The translations under genes were made by a program, and so were the position numbers. Under the pieces are notes generated by a model that did no database searches, was not told the origin of the DNA, and worked only from the letters and a program-made list of their open reading frames with translations. Source: a virus (lineage: Duplodnaviria; Heunggongvirae; Uroviricota; Caudoviricetes). Taken from it: a stretch of DNA of 64,000 nucleotides. The DNA lies in IMG/VR virus record IMGVR_UViG_3300048091_000193, positions 52,697-116,696 of that record; one strand, written 5' to 3'. Within the stretch, counting starts at the first letter, position 1; each line of letters begins with the position of its first letter. This document shows positions 1 through 9,346 of the stretch, piece by piece.

Positions 1-138
1 AGGGCGCCAACGCTCTCTTTTGCTATTACGAGGTGAGGGAAGGGAAGACAGTTTGTGCTTCCGGAGCCTCAGTCGGGCAGTAAACAACTACTTTCTAAGA
101 GAGTATTGTTTAATAGACGAAGCGAGGACCCGGAAATG

Positions 139-188
139 TTGACTTTCCGGGATAGGTCGTAGCTATAATGTAAGTCAGAACTGACTTA
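139..188 (+). promoter_or_regulatory. Class I promoter-operator: TTGACT(139-144), 19 nt, TATAAT(164-169), palindrome AAGTCA-gaac-TGACTT(172-187). A hairpin cccggaaa/tttccggg overlaps the -35.
   Basis: Read from sequence; upstream of CDS starting at 202. Confidence 0.55.
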
Positions 189-201
189 TTCAGAGGAATT
201 G

Positions 202-2061
202 ATGACAACTTTGGTCGAGATGAAGGCTTTCCTGAAGGCCTACAACAACACGAAGAAGTTCCCCTCGCTCGGCGATGTCGCTGTTGAACTCGGTGTCAGT
301 TATCAGACCGTCCGGAACAAAGCCTCCGTCTATCGCGCCCGAACCCGCCTCGACGACAAGCTGCCACCCATCATCGACCGCTCACAGGTCAAGATCGTCG
401 CCAAGGGCGATGAGAAGTCCCCCGAAGAACACGCGCACGCCCGCGCCGCCGCCCTGGCAACCGACATCACGGATATGATTCAGGGCTCGAATTATCCGCT
501 GATCAATCCGGACTGCATCATCGTCGAGAGCGGCATGGTGTGGCGCTATGACCGGGACGCCGGCACCAAGGTGAAAGTCGAATCCACACCGCGCACCTGG
601 CTCACCGAGACGCCGAAGGTCGCGCCGATCAAGAACAGCCGCGGCCGCAAGTTCATCTTCACCGGCGCCCAGAACGACACCGAGGTTCACAAGGGTTTCT
701 GGACCAACCTCAAGGCCTATGCGCGCAGCATCGGCGCCGAGATCGCTGTCGGCCCCGGCACCTACGAGACCCAGTGGTGGAGCGAGAATAACCCGGCATC
801 GCGGGCCTATGACGAAGTCCTCAAGGATCACCTCTGCTTCGGGCAGCTCGAGATCGGCGACAACTTCATGTTCTGCGGGCAGATGAACATCATCCCCACA
901 GCGTCCAGTCCCATTACAGACCTGGTGACGCATTCGCGGGGCCGCTGGGCCGTCTTTCCCCACGCCAAGCGCCAGCTGCGCTCAGTGCCCTCGACAGACC
1001 CATCTGTGCAAGCGCATCAGGTGATGTCGTCGGGCCTGGTGACCAAGCCGAAGGTCATTCCCCGCAAGGCCGGCATCAAGAGCCTATTCCATCACGTGCT
1101 CGGCGCCGTGGTGGTCGAGTTCGATAAGGACGGCGATATCTTCCCGCGGCACATCTCGGCCGACAAGAGCGGCTCATTCTACGACCTGGACGCCTATGTC
1201 ACGAACGGCAAGGTCATCCGGGGTAAGCACCGCATCGACGCCCTGACCGGGCCGGACATTCACCGGGCCAAGATGGGTCCTGTCAACGCCAAGGCAATCT
1301 GGGGCTTCGACGTGCGGACCGGCAAGGTCGATCGCCGCGGAACCCTGGTGGAGCTCCTGAAGCCGCGCAAGAAAACCTACCACGACCTGTTCGACAACGA
1401 GACCCGCAACCACCATCACGCCAAGGATCCGCTGCACAATTACGAGCAGGCGATCCGGGGCAGGGACCGCGTCATTACGGAACTGCACGAGGCCGGCGAC
1501 TTCATGGTCGCCGTGAAGACGCGCGACAGCGAGGATATCGTCATCGAGGCCAATCACGACATAGCGCTCAACCGCTATATCGTCGAAGGTCGGTTCCGGA
1601 TGGACGGCGTCAATGCGCGCCTGGGCAACCAGCTCGAGGCGGATCTGCTCGACCGGACCGAGGTGATCGCCAGGTGCCGAGCCAATTACACCTCGCCGCC
1701 GAACTGGTCGCTTCTGGAGACCGCACTGCGCCGACTGAAGGGTAACGCGCTGTCTCATGTCCGATGGGCATATGACGGCAAATCCTTCCTCATCGGCGGC
1801 ATCGAGCACGGTCATCACGGCTTCCGCGGCCCCAATGGCTCGATCGGATCGGTCATCGGTTTCGCCCGTATGGGCCGCAAGATGTCGATCGGTGACAAGC
1901 ACTCGCCGTGCATTGAAGATGGTGTCTATGTCGCTGGCGCATTGGAGCTCTCGCACGGCTACAATAAAGGCCCAAGTGGTTGGGCTGTAACGGTTATTGT
2001 CCAGTATCCCGACGGCAAGCGAACCCTCGTGACCCTCCATAATGGAAAATTCAGGGGCTAG
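202..2061 (+). CDS. Hypothetical protein with N-terminal helix-turn-helix (LGDVAVELGVSYQTVRNK); function unknown
   Basis: 620-aa ORF; ORF track begins at TTG 199, ATG at 202 after GAGG. Follows the class I promoter. Protein-like composition. Confidence 0.6.
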   Translation: MTTLVEMKAFLKAYNNTKKFPSLGDVAVELGVSYQTVRNKASVYRARTRLDDKLPPIIDRSQVKIVAKGDEKSPEEHAHARAAALATDITDMIQGSNYPLINPDCIIVESGMVWRYDRDAGTKVKVESTPRTWLTETPKVAPIKNSRGRKFIFTGAQNDTEVHKGFWTNLKAYARSIGAEIAVGPGTYETQWWSENNPASRAYDEVLKDHLCFGQLEIGDNFMFCGQMNIIPTASSPITDLVTHSRGRWAVFPHAKRQLRSVPSTDPSVQAHQVMSSGLVTKPKVIPRKAGIKSLFHHVLGAVVVEFDKDGDIFPRHISADKSGSFYDLDAYVTNGKVIRGKHRIDALTGPDIHRAKMGPVNAKAIWGFDVRTGKVDRRGTLVELLKPRKKTYHDLFDNETRNHHHAKDPLHNYEQAIRGRDRVITELHEAGDFMVAVKTRDSEDIVIEANHDIALNRYIVEGRFRMDGVNARLGNQLEADLLDRTEVIARCRANYTSPPNWSLLETALRRLKGNALSHVRWAYDGKSFLIGGIEHGHHGFRGPNGSIGSVIGFARMGRKMSIGDKHSPCIEDGVYVAGALELSHGYNKGPSGWAVTVIVQYPDGKRTLVTLHNGKFRG

Positions 2062-2112
2062 ATTGTCAGTTAGTTCTGACTTACACTTTCCCCAACTGAT
2101 CGGAGTGTTGAG

Positions 2113-2295
2113 ATGGCTGGCGAGAATACCCTGGATGGCTACACCGTAACGGCGCCGGACCCGACTGATGGTCCGAACCTCGTGAGCAATCCGGCCCCGG
2201 ATCCGCTTTACGCACCCAACCTGCCCACGAGCGACCCCGAGAATGCGGGTCAGTTCTGGAATAACAACGGCGTCCTCTCGATCTCGGCGGGCTAA
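2113..2295 (+). CDS. Small hypothetical protein (60 aa, Pro/Asp-rich)
   Basis: ORF preceded by GGAG and a degenerate class I operator at 2064-2083. Confidence 0.3.
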   Translation: MAGENTLDGYTVTAPDPTDGPNLVSNPAPDPLYAPNLPTSDPENAGQFWNNNGVLSISAG

Positions 2296-2298
2296 ACC

Positions 2299-2805
2299 AT
2301 GACGACCATAGCGTATAAAGACGGTGTTATGGCTTCCGATAGCTGCATCTCTGGCGGCGGAACGTGGCGAGCGTCGGTCGCAAAGGTCGGCAAAACTTCG
2401 ACTGGCGCACTCTATGGCTGGGCAGGCGAAGCCGATATTCGCGAAGCGCTCAACCTTATCGATCGCATTCATACTCCTGACGATCTGCCGAGCAAGCGGG
2501 AGATCGCGCACACCCAGACCGACTTCTCTCTTTTGATCGCCTTTGGACCGAACGAGGTCTACTCCATTCACTGTAACGAATGCGAGGACGGTCGCTATCA
2601 GGGCTACGTCAATATAGCCAATCTCGGCTTCGCATCGATCGGCTCCGGTAGCGAGATCGCCACGGGTGCGCTCGCAGCCGGCGCATCAGCGGTCGACGCG
2701 GTCAAGATCGCCACGGAATTCGACTGTTACTCAAAAGCGCCCGTTTATTCGATCGCATTCGAGAAACCAGCCACGAAGAAGCCCCCGAAGCCCAAGCCAA
2801 AGTAA
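2299..2805 (+). CDS. HslV-like / proteasome beta-type Ntn-hydrolase peptidase
   Basis: N-terminus MTTIAYKDGVMASDS has Thr immediately after Met (Ntn nucleophile); GSGSEIATGALAAG glycine motif as in HslV; Lys/Pro-rich C-tail. No hslU-like ATPase nearby. Confidence 0.55.
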   Translation: MTTIAYKDGVMASDSCISGGGTWRASVAKVGKTSTGALYGWAGEADIREALNLIDRIHTPDDLPSKREIAHTQTDFSLLIAFGPNEVYSIHCNECEDGRYQGYVNIANLGFASIGSGSEIATGALAAGASAVDAVKIATEFDCYSKAPVYSIAFEKPATKKPPKPKPK

Positions 2806-2824
2806 AAGACCCAGGAGTCCCGTG

Positions 2825-3622
2825 ATGTCTCGCTCTATCGACCGTGCTACCGCCCGCAAGTCCCGTAGGTCCGAAAAGAAAGACAACCGCGCCGTTCTCC
2901 TCCAAGCCGTCGAAGAAACACGGCGAGTCCCTGTGCGGGCTTCCCGCGCGCCCCTGAAGCCTCTCACCGAGGCGCAGCGCGTCTATGGCTCCTGCATTCG
3001 CGCCAGTCGTGTGACCTTCGGCATCGGCCCCGCCGGCACCGGCAAGACCTGGTTCGCCGCTGCGCTCGCCGCGGAAGCTCTCCAGGCCGGCGACATCAAG
3101 ACTATTGTCATCGTCCGCCCGGCTGTCGAGGCCGGCGAGAACCTCGGCTTTCTGCCTGGCGACCTGAATGAGAAGGTCGATCCGTTCATGCGGCCGATCT
3201 ACGACGCCCTGTCCGAGCGGATGGGATCCAGCGCGATGGAATATGCGATCAAGGCTGGCGCGATCGAGGTTCGCCCATTGGCGTTCCTGCGCGGCTCGAC
3301 GCTCAAGGACTGCTGGGTGCTGGCCGACGAAATGCAGAACACCACGCCGGCCCAGATGAAGATGTTCCTCACCCGCATCGGCGAGAATAGCCGCTTCATC
3401 GTCAACGGCGATCTCAGCCAGACTGACATCGAGGGACCGTCGGGCCTCGCCGATGCGCTGCGCCGGCTGGACGGTCTGCGCTTTGTGTCCAAGGTCGAGT
3501 TCACGACAGCGGACATTGTCCGTGATCCGATTTGTCAAGCAATCGCTGCTTGCTATGAGAAACCCCGACCAGTAGAGAACGATGGTGCGCAGGTCCGGCA
3601 TCTATTCGATCAGGCATCTTGA
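2825..3622 (+). CDS. phoH: PhoH-like P-loop ATPase
   Basis: GIGPAGTGKTW Walker A; VLADEMQN Walker B; typical phage PhoH length. Start refined to ATG 2825 after AGGAG (ORF track has an upstream in-frame extension from 2666). Confidence 0.85.
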   Translation: MSRSIDRATARKSRRSEKKDNRAVLLQAVEETRRVPVRASRAPLKPLTEAQRVYGSCIRASRVTFGIGPAGTGKTWFAAALAAEALQAGDIKTIVIVRPAVEAGENLGFLPGDLNEKVDPFMRPIYDALSERMGSSAMEYAIKAGAIEVRPLAFLRGSTLKDCWVLADEMQNTTPAQMKMFLTRIGENSRFIVNGDLSQTDIEGPSGLADALRRLDGLRFVSKVEFTTADIVRDPICQAIAACYEKPRPVENDGAQVRHLFDQAS

Positions 3623-4358
3623 CTCTGATCGCCGATACATTGGTAGCGCGGTTTCCATCTATCATCGATGGGCCGCGCACCGAAGTTATTTGACCAAGGG
3701 TGGTCATCAGAACTCGTATCTTCAACGAGCCTGGGTGCGTTATGGCGCGGATCGTTTTATATTCGAGGTTATTGAGTATGTGGATGTCGATCTCCTGATT
3801 GAGCGCGAGCAGCATTGGCTCAATCAATTCGCTCGGCCACAGCTTTTCAACCTTCGTCGCGATGCGCGATCAAATAAAGGCATCCGTCTCAGCGACGAAA
3901 CGAGGCAAAAGCTTAGCGTGATAGCCAAGCGGCGGGGTGTCTCTCCAAAGTGCCGTGCGGCAGCGGTTAAAGCTCAGACGGGAAAGAAGGCGACCGAGGC
4001 TACGCGCGCCAAGATGGTCGCGGCCAAGATCGGGAAGATCCACTCTGACGCCGCTCGGCTCAAGATGAGCGAGCAGGCCCAGCGACGAGGCGAGGGTCAT
4101 ATAGGCAAGATTCGCAAGGCACTCCTGCGCACCTGGTTACTCACTGACCCAGCCGGCGCGGAACACATCGTCACCGACATCATTGCTTTCGCTAAACAAA
4201 ATGGGCTGTCGGCGAATGAACTCCGCAATGTAGCGGATCGACCGGGCCGAACGCATAAGCGCTGGGTCTCTCGTCGGCTGTCTATTACGCGCAATCCTGA
4301 CTCGCAGAGCTATATTGCATCTAACAGCGACAACGCGCTGAAAGATCAAGCAGCCTGA
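3582..4358 (+). CDS. GIY-YIG homing endonuclease (I-TevI-like) with C-terminal NUMOD-like repeats
   Basis: GIYSIRHLDSDRRYIGSAVSIYHRWAAHRSY GIY-YIG motif; repeated basic helix motifs in the C-terminal half; overlaps the phoH 3' end. Confidence 0.75.
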   Translation: MVRRSGIYSIRHLDSDRRYIGSAVSIYHRWAAHRSYLTKGGHQNSYLQRAWVRYGADRFIFEVIEYVDVDLLIEREQHWLNQFARPQLFNLRRDARSNKGIRLSDETRQKLSVIAKRRGVSPKCRAAAVKAQTGKKATEATRAKMVAAKIGKIHSDAARLKMSEQAQRRGEGHIGKIRKALLRTWLLTDPAGAEHIVTDIIAFAKQNGLSANELRNVADRPGRTHKRWVSRRLSITRNPDSQSYIASNSDNALKDQAA

Positions 4359-4365
4359 GAGTGGA

Positions 4366-5196
4366 ATGACCGACGCGATTTTTGGACTGGATACGAGCCG
4401 CGACGACGCGGCTCGCATTATGAACCGCTTCATCGAGAACAAGTGGGTCAAGATCGAGACCGCGCTGTTTCGCGGTAAGTGGTTCGACTATCGCTTCATG
4501 AACCCTGTCCAGGCGACCTATCTCTATGCTCACGAATATACCAAGGCCTACAAGCGCGCGTTTTCAAACAATATCGACTCTACTCGCGCCGATCATGTCA
4601 AGCCGCTGAACTGCGAAACCCTGTTCACGGTGCCGGAGATCACCGAAGCGGACAACACCCCCAAGCTCATCGAGAAGAAGAAGAAGGCGATCGCATATAA
4701 AAAGCGGACCATTGCTGCGATCTGGAAGGGTCGCATGGTCGCCGATGCGATGGGTATGCCCTACGACATCTTCCTCGATCGCGCCTTTCACTGGACGCTG
4801 CGCTTCTGGCAGCAGGCGCATCTGCCGCGCCCCTCGCATCTTTATTCCGATTTGGTCACTGATCGCGCAACAATCGATTGGGAGACGCGACAGAAGGACG
4901 AGTTTTTCTATTCGACCCTGCCTCAATACAAGAACGGCGCCTACCGCGAGACGACCGAGTTCCTGCAGAACAACGATCGGTTCAACGGCACGATGCTGCA
5001 CGCGCAGAATGCTCACCATGAATGGCTGCTCGATCAGTGCATGAACCGGCGCAATGGTCACGCGATCCTGGCGCAGATGGTGTTCCATGACCAGGTGCTG
5101 CCGATCGAGAAGGTCGAAGCCCGGCTCGACGCGCACGGTTTCGAACATTTCATGTCGTTCGCCGAGAGCGAACCTGTGATCGTTCGCTATAATTAA
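4366..5196 (+). CDS. Hypothetical protein
   Basis: 276-aa ORF, protein-like composition, no recognisable motif. Confidence 0.5.
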   Translation: MTDAIFGLDTSRDDAARIMNRFIENKWVKIETALFRGKWFDYRFMNPVQATYLYAHEYTKAYKRAFSNNIDSTRADHVKPLNCETLFTVPEITEADNTPKLIEKKKKAIAYKKRTIAAIWKGRMVADAMGMPYDIFLDRAFHWTLRFWQQAHLPRPSHLYSDLVTDRATIDWETRQKDEFFYSTLPQYKNGAYRETTEFLQNNDRFNGTMLHAQNAHHEWLLDQCMNRRNGHAILAQMVFHDQVLPIEKVEARLDAHGFEHFMSFAESEPVIVRYN

Positions 5197-5228
5197 CTCA
5201 ACACGTCATCAGTAACAGAGAGCGCAAC

Positions 5229-5549
5229 ATGAACAACCGTTTCGGCAACAATCATTCCCGCGGCACCATCGATCTGACAAAGCGCCCGATCGTTGTCGAG
5301 CGCGCCGGCGAGCGCAAGCCGTTCAAGCCGAAGCCGCCTAAGAAGTGGTCGCATCAGGATCAGCTGGAGAGCCTGAAGGGTAAGGAGATCATGGTTTGCA
5401 TCTTCGGCCCGGAGAATCCTATTCGCGGCGTGCTCCTCGAGGCTGATCAATTTACGATCCAGGTCGAGGTTGACAGTTTTTTTGTCTCTGATGTTAAGTC
5501 AGTGCTGACTTACTTTAAGTCGCAGGTCGTCTTTTTCACAGCGGTCTAA
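5229..5549 (+). CDS. hfq: Hfq-like Sm-fold RNA-binding protein with basic N-terminal extension
   Basis: QDQLESLKGKEIMVCIFGPENPIRGVLLEADQFTIQVE aligns by eye with the E. coli Hfq Sm1/Sm2 region [40 protein letters not shown]. The 3' end runs into the next promoter. Confidence 0.55.
   Translation: MNNRFGNNHSRGTIDLTKRPIVVERAGERKPFKPKPPKKWSHQDQLESLKGKEIMVCIFGPENPIRGVLLEADQFTIQVEVDSFFVSDVKSVLTYFKSQVVFFTAV
5470..5511 (+). promoter_or_regulatory. Class I promoter-operator: TTGACA(5470-5475), palindrome AAGTCA-gtgc-TGACTT(5496-5511)
   Basis: Read from sequence; upstream of the dnaB-like gene. Confidence 0.5.
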
Positions 5550-5553
5550 CCCA

Positions 5554-6903
5554 ATGTCGGATACTGCAGAAGCAGAGGTCGTCGAGGGCGGCTATGAGTT
5601 CGACGACACCTTCCAGCGCAAGATCGCTGCGTTGGCGTTGCGCGATACCGTGTTTGCCCAGCGCACCGAAGGCCTGATCGAGCCGTCGTTCTTCGAGAAC
5701 GACGTCGATCGCGCCATTATCAACGTGGCGCAGGATTATTACACCAAATACAAGACGACGCCGGACAAGGGCACGATCCCGACCCTGATGAAGGACGCCC
5801 TGGCGGCGAAGAAGATCCGCAAGGAGATGTGGCCTGATCTGCGCACGCGGCTCGGCGCGCTCCTGGCGCAACCCATGTCGGATCGCGACTACGTCATCAC
5901 CAAGGTCGCCGATTTCGCCAAAAACCGAGCGATGCAGAACGCTATCATGGCGTCGGTCAATTTGCTCGACAAGGGTGACTATGTCGGCATCGAGCAGCTG
6001 ATCCGGCAGGCCGTCAATGTCGGCATCTCCGACGACGCCAGTGCATACGACTATTTCGGCGAGCTCGCATCGCGCACGGCACATCGTAATGCGCTCGCGA
6101 CCGGTCTGATCAAGCCCGACGGCATCACGACCGGCTTTGCCGAGATGGACAAGCATCTGTTCCACAACGGCTGGGGCCGCAAGGAACTGACGGCCTTCCT
6201 TGCCCGCGCCAAATTCGGCAAGTCGATGGCGCTGGGTGACTTCGGCAAGAACGCATTTCTGGCCGGCTACAACGTCCTGATCTGCTCGTGCGAAGTGTCC
6301 GCGCGCATCTATGCCGACCGTCTCGACGCCAACTTCTCCGAAACGGCGATGATGGTGCTCAAGGATAAGGCGATCGATGTTGAGGCCAAGGTTTGGGCAG
6401 CGACACAGAACGCGATCAAGAGCGGCGCTCAATTCAAGATCCACGACTTCGCGGCCGGCACGCTCAAGCCCTCGATGCTGCGCCGGCTGCTGGAGAAATA
6501 TCGCGGCCAAGGCATCATCTTCGACCTGATCATCACCGACTATGCCGACATTATGTGCCCGGAGCGGATGACGAGTGATCCGATCGAGAACTCCAAGAGT
6601 GTCTGGATCGACCTGCGCGCGATCGCCTACGAACAGAATGCAGCCTGTCTGACGGCCACGCAGACCAATCGTGACGGCGCCAAGGCCGCAACAGCGAAGG
6701 CCACAGACGTTGCGGAAGACTTCAACAAGATCCGCATCGCTGACCTTGTGATCTCAGGCAACGCGACCGAGGCTGAAATCTCGGCCGGCGAGGCGCGCAT
6801 CCACTTCGCGGCCTCACGTAACCAGGCCGAGGTGATGCTGCGGATCGCCCAGAAGCGCGATCAGATGAAGTTTTTCACCAAGATCCTCGGGGTCACAAAA
6901 TGA
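5554..6903 (+). CDS. dnaB: DnaB-family replicative DNA helicase
   Basis: C-terminal RecA-like domain with Walker A-like GKSMALGDF and helicase motifs (IIFDLIITDYADIM Walker B-like); 449 aa. Confidence 0.75.
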   Translation: MSDTAEAEVVEGGYEFDDTFQRKIAALALRDTVFAQRTEGLIEPSFFENDVDRAIINVAQDYYTKYKTTPDKGTIPTLMKDALAAKKIRKEMWPDLRTRLGALLAQPMSDRDYVITKVADFAKNRAMQNAIMASVNLLDKGDYVGIEQLIRQAVNVGISDDASAYDYFGELASRTAHRNALATGLIKPDGITTGFAEMDKHLFHNGWGRKELTAFLARAKFGKSMALGDFGKNAFLAGYNVLICSCEVSARIYADRLDANFSETAMMVLKDKAIDVEAKVWAATQNAIKSGAQFKIHDFAAGTLKPSMLRRLLEKYRGQGIIFDLIITDYADIMCPERMTSDPIENSKSVWIDLRAIAYEQNAACLTATQTNRDGAKAATAKATDVAEDFNKIRIADLVISGNATEAEISAGEARIHFAASRNQAEVMLRIAQKRDQMKFFTKILGVTK

Positions 6904-8000
6904 CCGCTTCTCGCGCCTCGCGCGAGGAGCTCGAGGAACAGCTGGACCTGGAATACTGGTTTGGCCGCGAGTCGATCGCTCACAGGATCGGCCGCGGCTC
7001 GTCCGGCATGCAGATCAACTGCAAGGAATGCCCGAGCTGCGGCGATAGTCGCTGGCGCACCTATCTCAACCTGGATACGGGCCTGGGTAACTGCTTCGTC
7101 TGCAATGAGGGATATAGCAAGCTCAAATTCGTCCACCTGTCGCTGGGGCATGACCGAGACAACCGGCAACATTGGGGCCTGACCTTCAAGCACGTTCAGG
7201 AATGCCTGGTCGAGCAGGGCTGGCGCCCGAAGCGGACAATGGAGGTCGCGGTCGAATACGAAAAAGCCGTGTTCCCCGAATCCCTGGCGCTGCCGCTGAA
7301 AGACGGCTCGAACCTCAACTACCTGCTTAACCGCGGCATCACCAACGAGATCACCAAATACTTCCACCTGCGCTATTGCCAGACCGGCAAATGGTGGTTC
7401 ACGGCCGAAGACGGCGAGCGCCGATACCAGAAGTTCGATGAGCGGGTCATCATCCCGATCTACGATCTCGACGGCACGTTCAAGACGTTCCAGGGCCGCG
7501 ATCTGTCGGGAACTTCCGAAAAGAAATACCTATTCCCGAAAGGCCTGCCAGGAACGGGTCGCTATTTGTTGAATGGTCAATCGGTGCAACGCGCCAAGAG
7601 GGCCTGCCTCGGGGAAGGGGGCTTTGACGTCTTCGCCATGAAGATGGCCTTCGACGAGGAGGTGGCGCTACGCGACGTGGTGCCGATCGGATCATTCGGC
7701 AAGCACCTGAGCTACGGCTCCATCGATCGCGACGACCAGCTGTCCCGGTTCCGCACGCTCATGGAACAGGGCCTGGAAGAAGTGGTCATCATGTGGGACG
7801 GCGAGCATAAGGCGCTCCTGGCTGCCTGCGAGGCCGCAAAGCTGCTGCGCCAGCTCGGTCTGCGGGTGCGCATCGCTCTGCTGCCCAAAGATCGCGACCC
7901 CAACGAGGTCACGCGCGACGTGGTGCGCAAGGCCTTCTGGGAGGCGGTTCCATATACCCCGCAGCAGCACATCAAATGGATGCTGAAATCGCCTTTCTAG
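6900..8000 (+). CDS. dnaG: DnaG-like DNA primase (zinc-binding plus Toprim)
   Basis: CKECPSCGDSRW...CFVCNEGYS zinc ribbon; Toprim motifs (EGGFDVFAM, IMWDGEHKA); ATGA overlap with dnaB. Confidence 0.75.
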   Translation: MTASRASREELEEQLDLEYWFGRESIAHRIGRGSSGMQINCKECPSCGDSRWRTYLNLDTGLGNCFVCNEGYSKLKFVHLSLGHDRDNRQHWGLTFKHVQECLVEQGWRPKRTMEVAVEYEKAVFPESLALPLKDGSNLNYLLNRGITNEITKYFHLRYCQTGKWWFTAEDGERRYQKFDERVIIPIYDLDGTFKTFQGRDLSGTSEKKYLFPKGLPGTGRYLLNGQSVQRAKRACLGEGGFDVFAMKMAFDEEVALRDVVPIGSFGKHLSYGSIDRDDQLSRFRTLMEQGLEEVVIMWDGEHKALLAACEAAKLLRQLGLRVRIALLPKDRDPNEVTRDVVRKAFWEAVPYTPQQHIKWMLKSPF

Positions 8001-8014
8001 TCCTGCGTTTTACC

Positions 8015-8055
8015 AGTCAGTTTTGACTTACAAACCTCGACGAACTCGCTATATT
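8015..8055 (+). promoter_or_regulatory. Class I promoter-operator, type A: palindrome AGTCAG-tttt-GACT(8015-8028) overlapping -35 TTACAA(8028-8033), 16 nt, -10 TATATT(8050-8055)
   Basis: Read from sequence; the 5' UTR that follows (gagcagcgcacac...aaagggg) is conserved with those at 17862-17899 and 60985-61016. Confidence 0.55.
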
Positions 8056-8106
8056 GACACTTGAGCAGCGCACACGAGCGCAACACAACAAAGGGGTCGC
8101 GACGTC

Positions 8107-8631
8107 ATGTCGGTGACATATCTCAAACAATCAGGACGGGCGAAGTCGTCGTCGGGCGGCAAGGATTACCATCTGATCCTGCTGCAGAACGACGAACTCG
8201 ATCGCGCCATCCTTATTCAGCGCTGGGCTAAAAAGAGCCAGTGGGGCACCGGCTGGAAGCTGACCAAAGGCACCATCAGCGAGTGCATGGCGGATTACCG
8301 CAAGCTCTACAAGGCCAAGCTCCAAGGCGAATACACCGATCACTTCATCAATAAGAACGGCGAGACCAACGATGCCGCCGAGGTGCGTCGTGTGCTTGGG
8401 CCGCAGTATCTCGCCGCGATCGGCGGCAAGAACATGCACTTTCTGCTTCCGAGCTCTGATTGGCAAAACCTCAAGGAGGATGGCCAGGCGGAGATTGAGT
8501 GGGAGCAAGATGGTCAGGGTCAATGGCGTCCGAAAGAAAAGGAGCGCCGCCTGGTCGAGACGCCAGCACCGCCCGAACCCGCCATCGAGGAACGTGTCGC
8601 AGCCAACAGCAACTGGGGAACCTGGGGATGA
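8107..8631 (+). CDS. Hypothetical protein, possible WGR-like domain; C-terminus ends NSNWGTWG
   Basis: LILLQNDELDRAILIQRWAKKSQWGTGW...YRKLYKAKLQGEY resembles the WGR domain pattern (weak). C-terminal GTWG is shared with the 37714..38292 protein. Confidence 0.5.
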   Translation: MSVTYLKQSGRAKSSSGGKDYHLILLQNDELDRAILIQRWAKKSQWGTGWKLTKGTISECMADYRKLYKAKLQGEYTDHFINKNGETNDAAEVRRVLGPQYLAAIGGKNMHFLLPSSDWQNLKEDGQAEIEWEQDGQGQWRPKEKERRLVETPAPPEPAIEERVAANSNWGTWG

Positions 8632-9152
8632 TCAGCAAAACGCTGTCGCCGAATAACCAATTCATGATCAATTGCCCGACCTTCAAGGTCGACACCAAGC
8701 TCGCGGCGTGTTTCGCGCTGCGCGACGCTGTCTACCGCGGCGATAAGCCGACGGTGCGCATCGGCTGTCAGTGCGTCGTGATGTCCGGCAAATGCCCGGC
8801 TGTTGCGGTCGTCGATCGCATGATCCGCGAGAAGGACGATCCGTATTTCTCAGCCGAGCCAAAGGTCGGCCGCCTGGATCCGACGATCCTGGACAAGGTC
8901 GCCCCGGTCATCGTCACTGACTCCATGATGAAGCGCTACCCGCTGTCGCCCAGCGAGGAGAAGCTGATCGCCGAGGCAAACGAATATGCCCGGTCCGGCA
9001 AGCATCAGCGTCATGTCGCGCCGCGCCGCGCCGAGAAGGTCGTCATGGAAGATGTGCCGACCTCCACGCCGGCGACGACACCGGGTCCCGCAACCAATGC
9101 CGCTCAGACGGGCGACATGGCTGCGGCGATCAACGCGGAGCTCGCGGCGTGA
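8628..9152 (+). CDS. Hypothetical protein; C-terminal tail TGDMAAAINAELAA
   Basis: ATGA overlap with the previous gene; Pro/Thr/Ala-rich linker then a tail shared with the 33065..33439 protein. Confidence 0.5.
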   Translation: MISKTLSPNNQFMINCPTFKVDTKLAACFALRDAVYRGDKPTVRIGCQCVVMSGKCPAVAVVDRMIREKDDPYFSAEPKVGRLDPTILDKVAPVIVTDSMMKRYPLSPSEEKLIAEANEYARSGKHQRHVAPRRAEKVVMEDVPTSTPATTPGPATNAAQTGDMAAAINAELAA

Positions 9153-9346
9153 ACAAGCATCCCTGGTATTGGCCATTTCATAGCTGGCGATACAAGGCCA
9201 GCAAGCGAGAGCCTGGCTCTCTCGTGCGCTTCCAGACCCGCGCCTGTGCGATCTGCGGCGAGAAACACGACAGAATTCAGACGGCAGGGTTTGGCAACAC
9301 TCCCTGGCGCCCGGTCACTCGCTACGAACGCGAGGGGCAGCCATGA
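9149..9346 (+). CDS. Small hypothetical protein (65 aa, Trp-rich)
   Basis: Short ORF with overlapping stop/start in an operon of + strand genes. Confidence 0.3.
   Translation: MNKHPWYWPFHSWRYKASKREPGSLVRFQTRACAICGEKHDRIQTAGFGNTPWRPVTRYEREGQP

Noticed and set aside
1174-2571. 465-aa minus-strand ORF overlapping the 3' end of the first gene and the HslV-like gene
   Set aside because: Antisense to two + strand genes with recognisable motifs; composition Arg/Ala/Val-rich; no RBS context. Similar minus-strand shadow ORFs at 5536-6510, 10826-11632, 21242-22042, 22169-23092, 23675-24427, 47541-48698, 48785-49630 and elsewhere were rejected for the same reason.
2666-2824. N-terminal extension of phoH predicted by the ORF track
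   Set aside because: Extension overlaps the HslV-like gene in another frame, is Arg/Ser-rich, and a good RBS (AGGAG) precedes the internal ATG at 2825.
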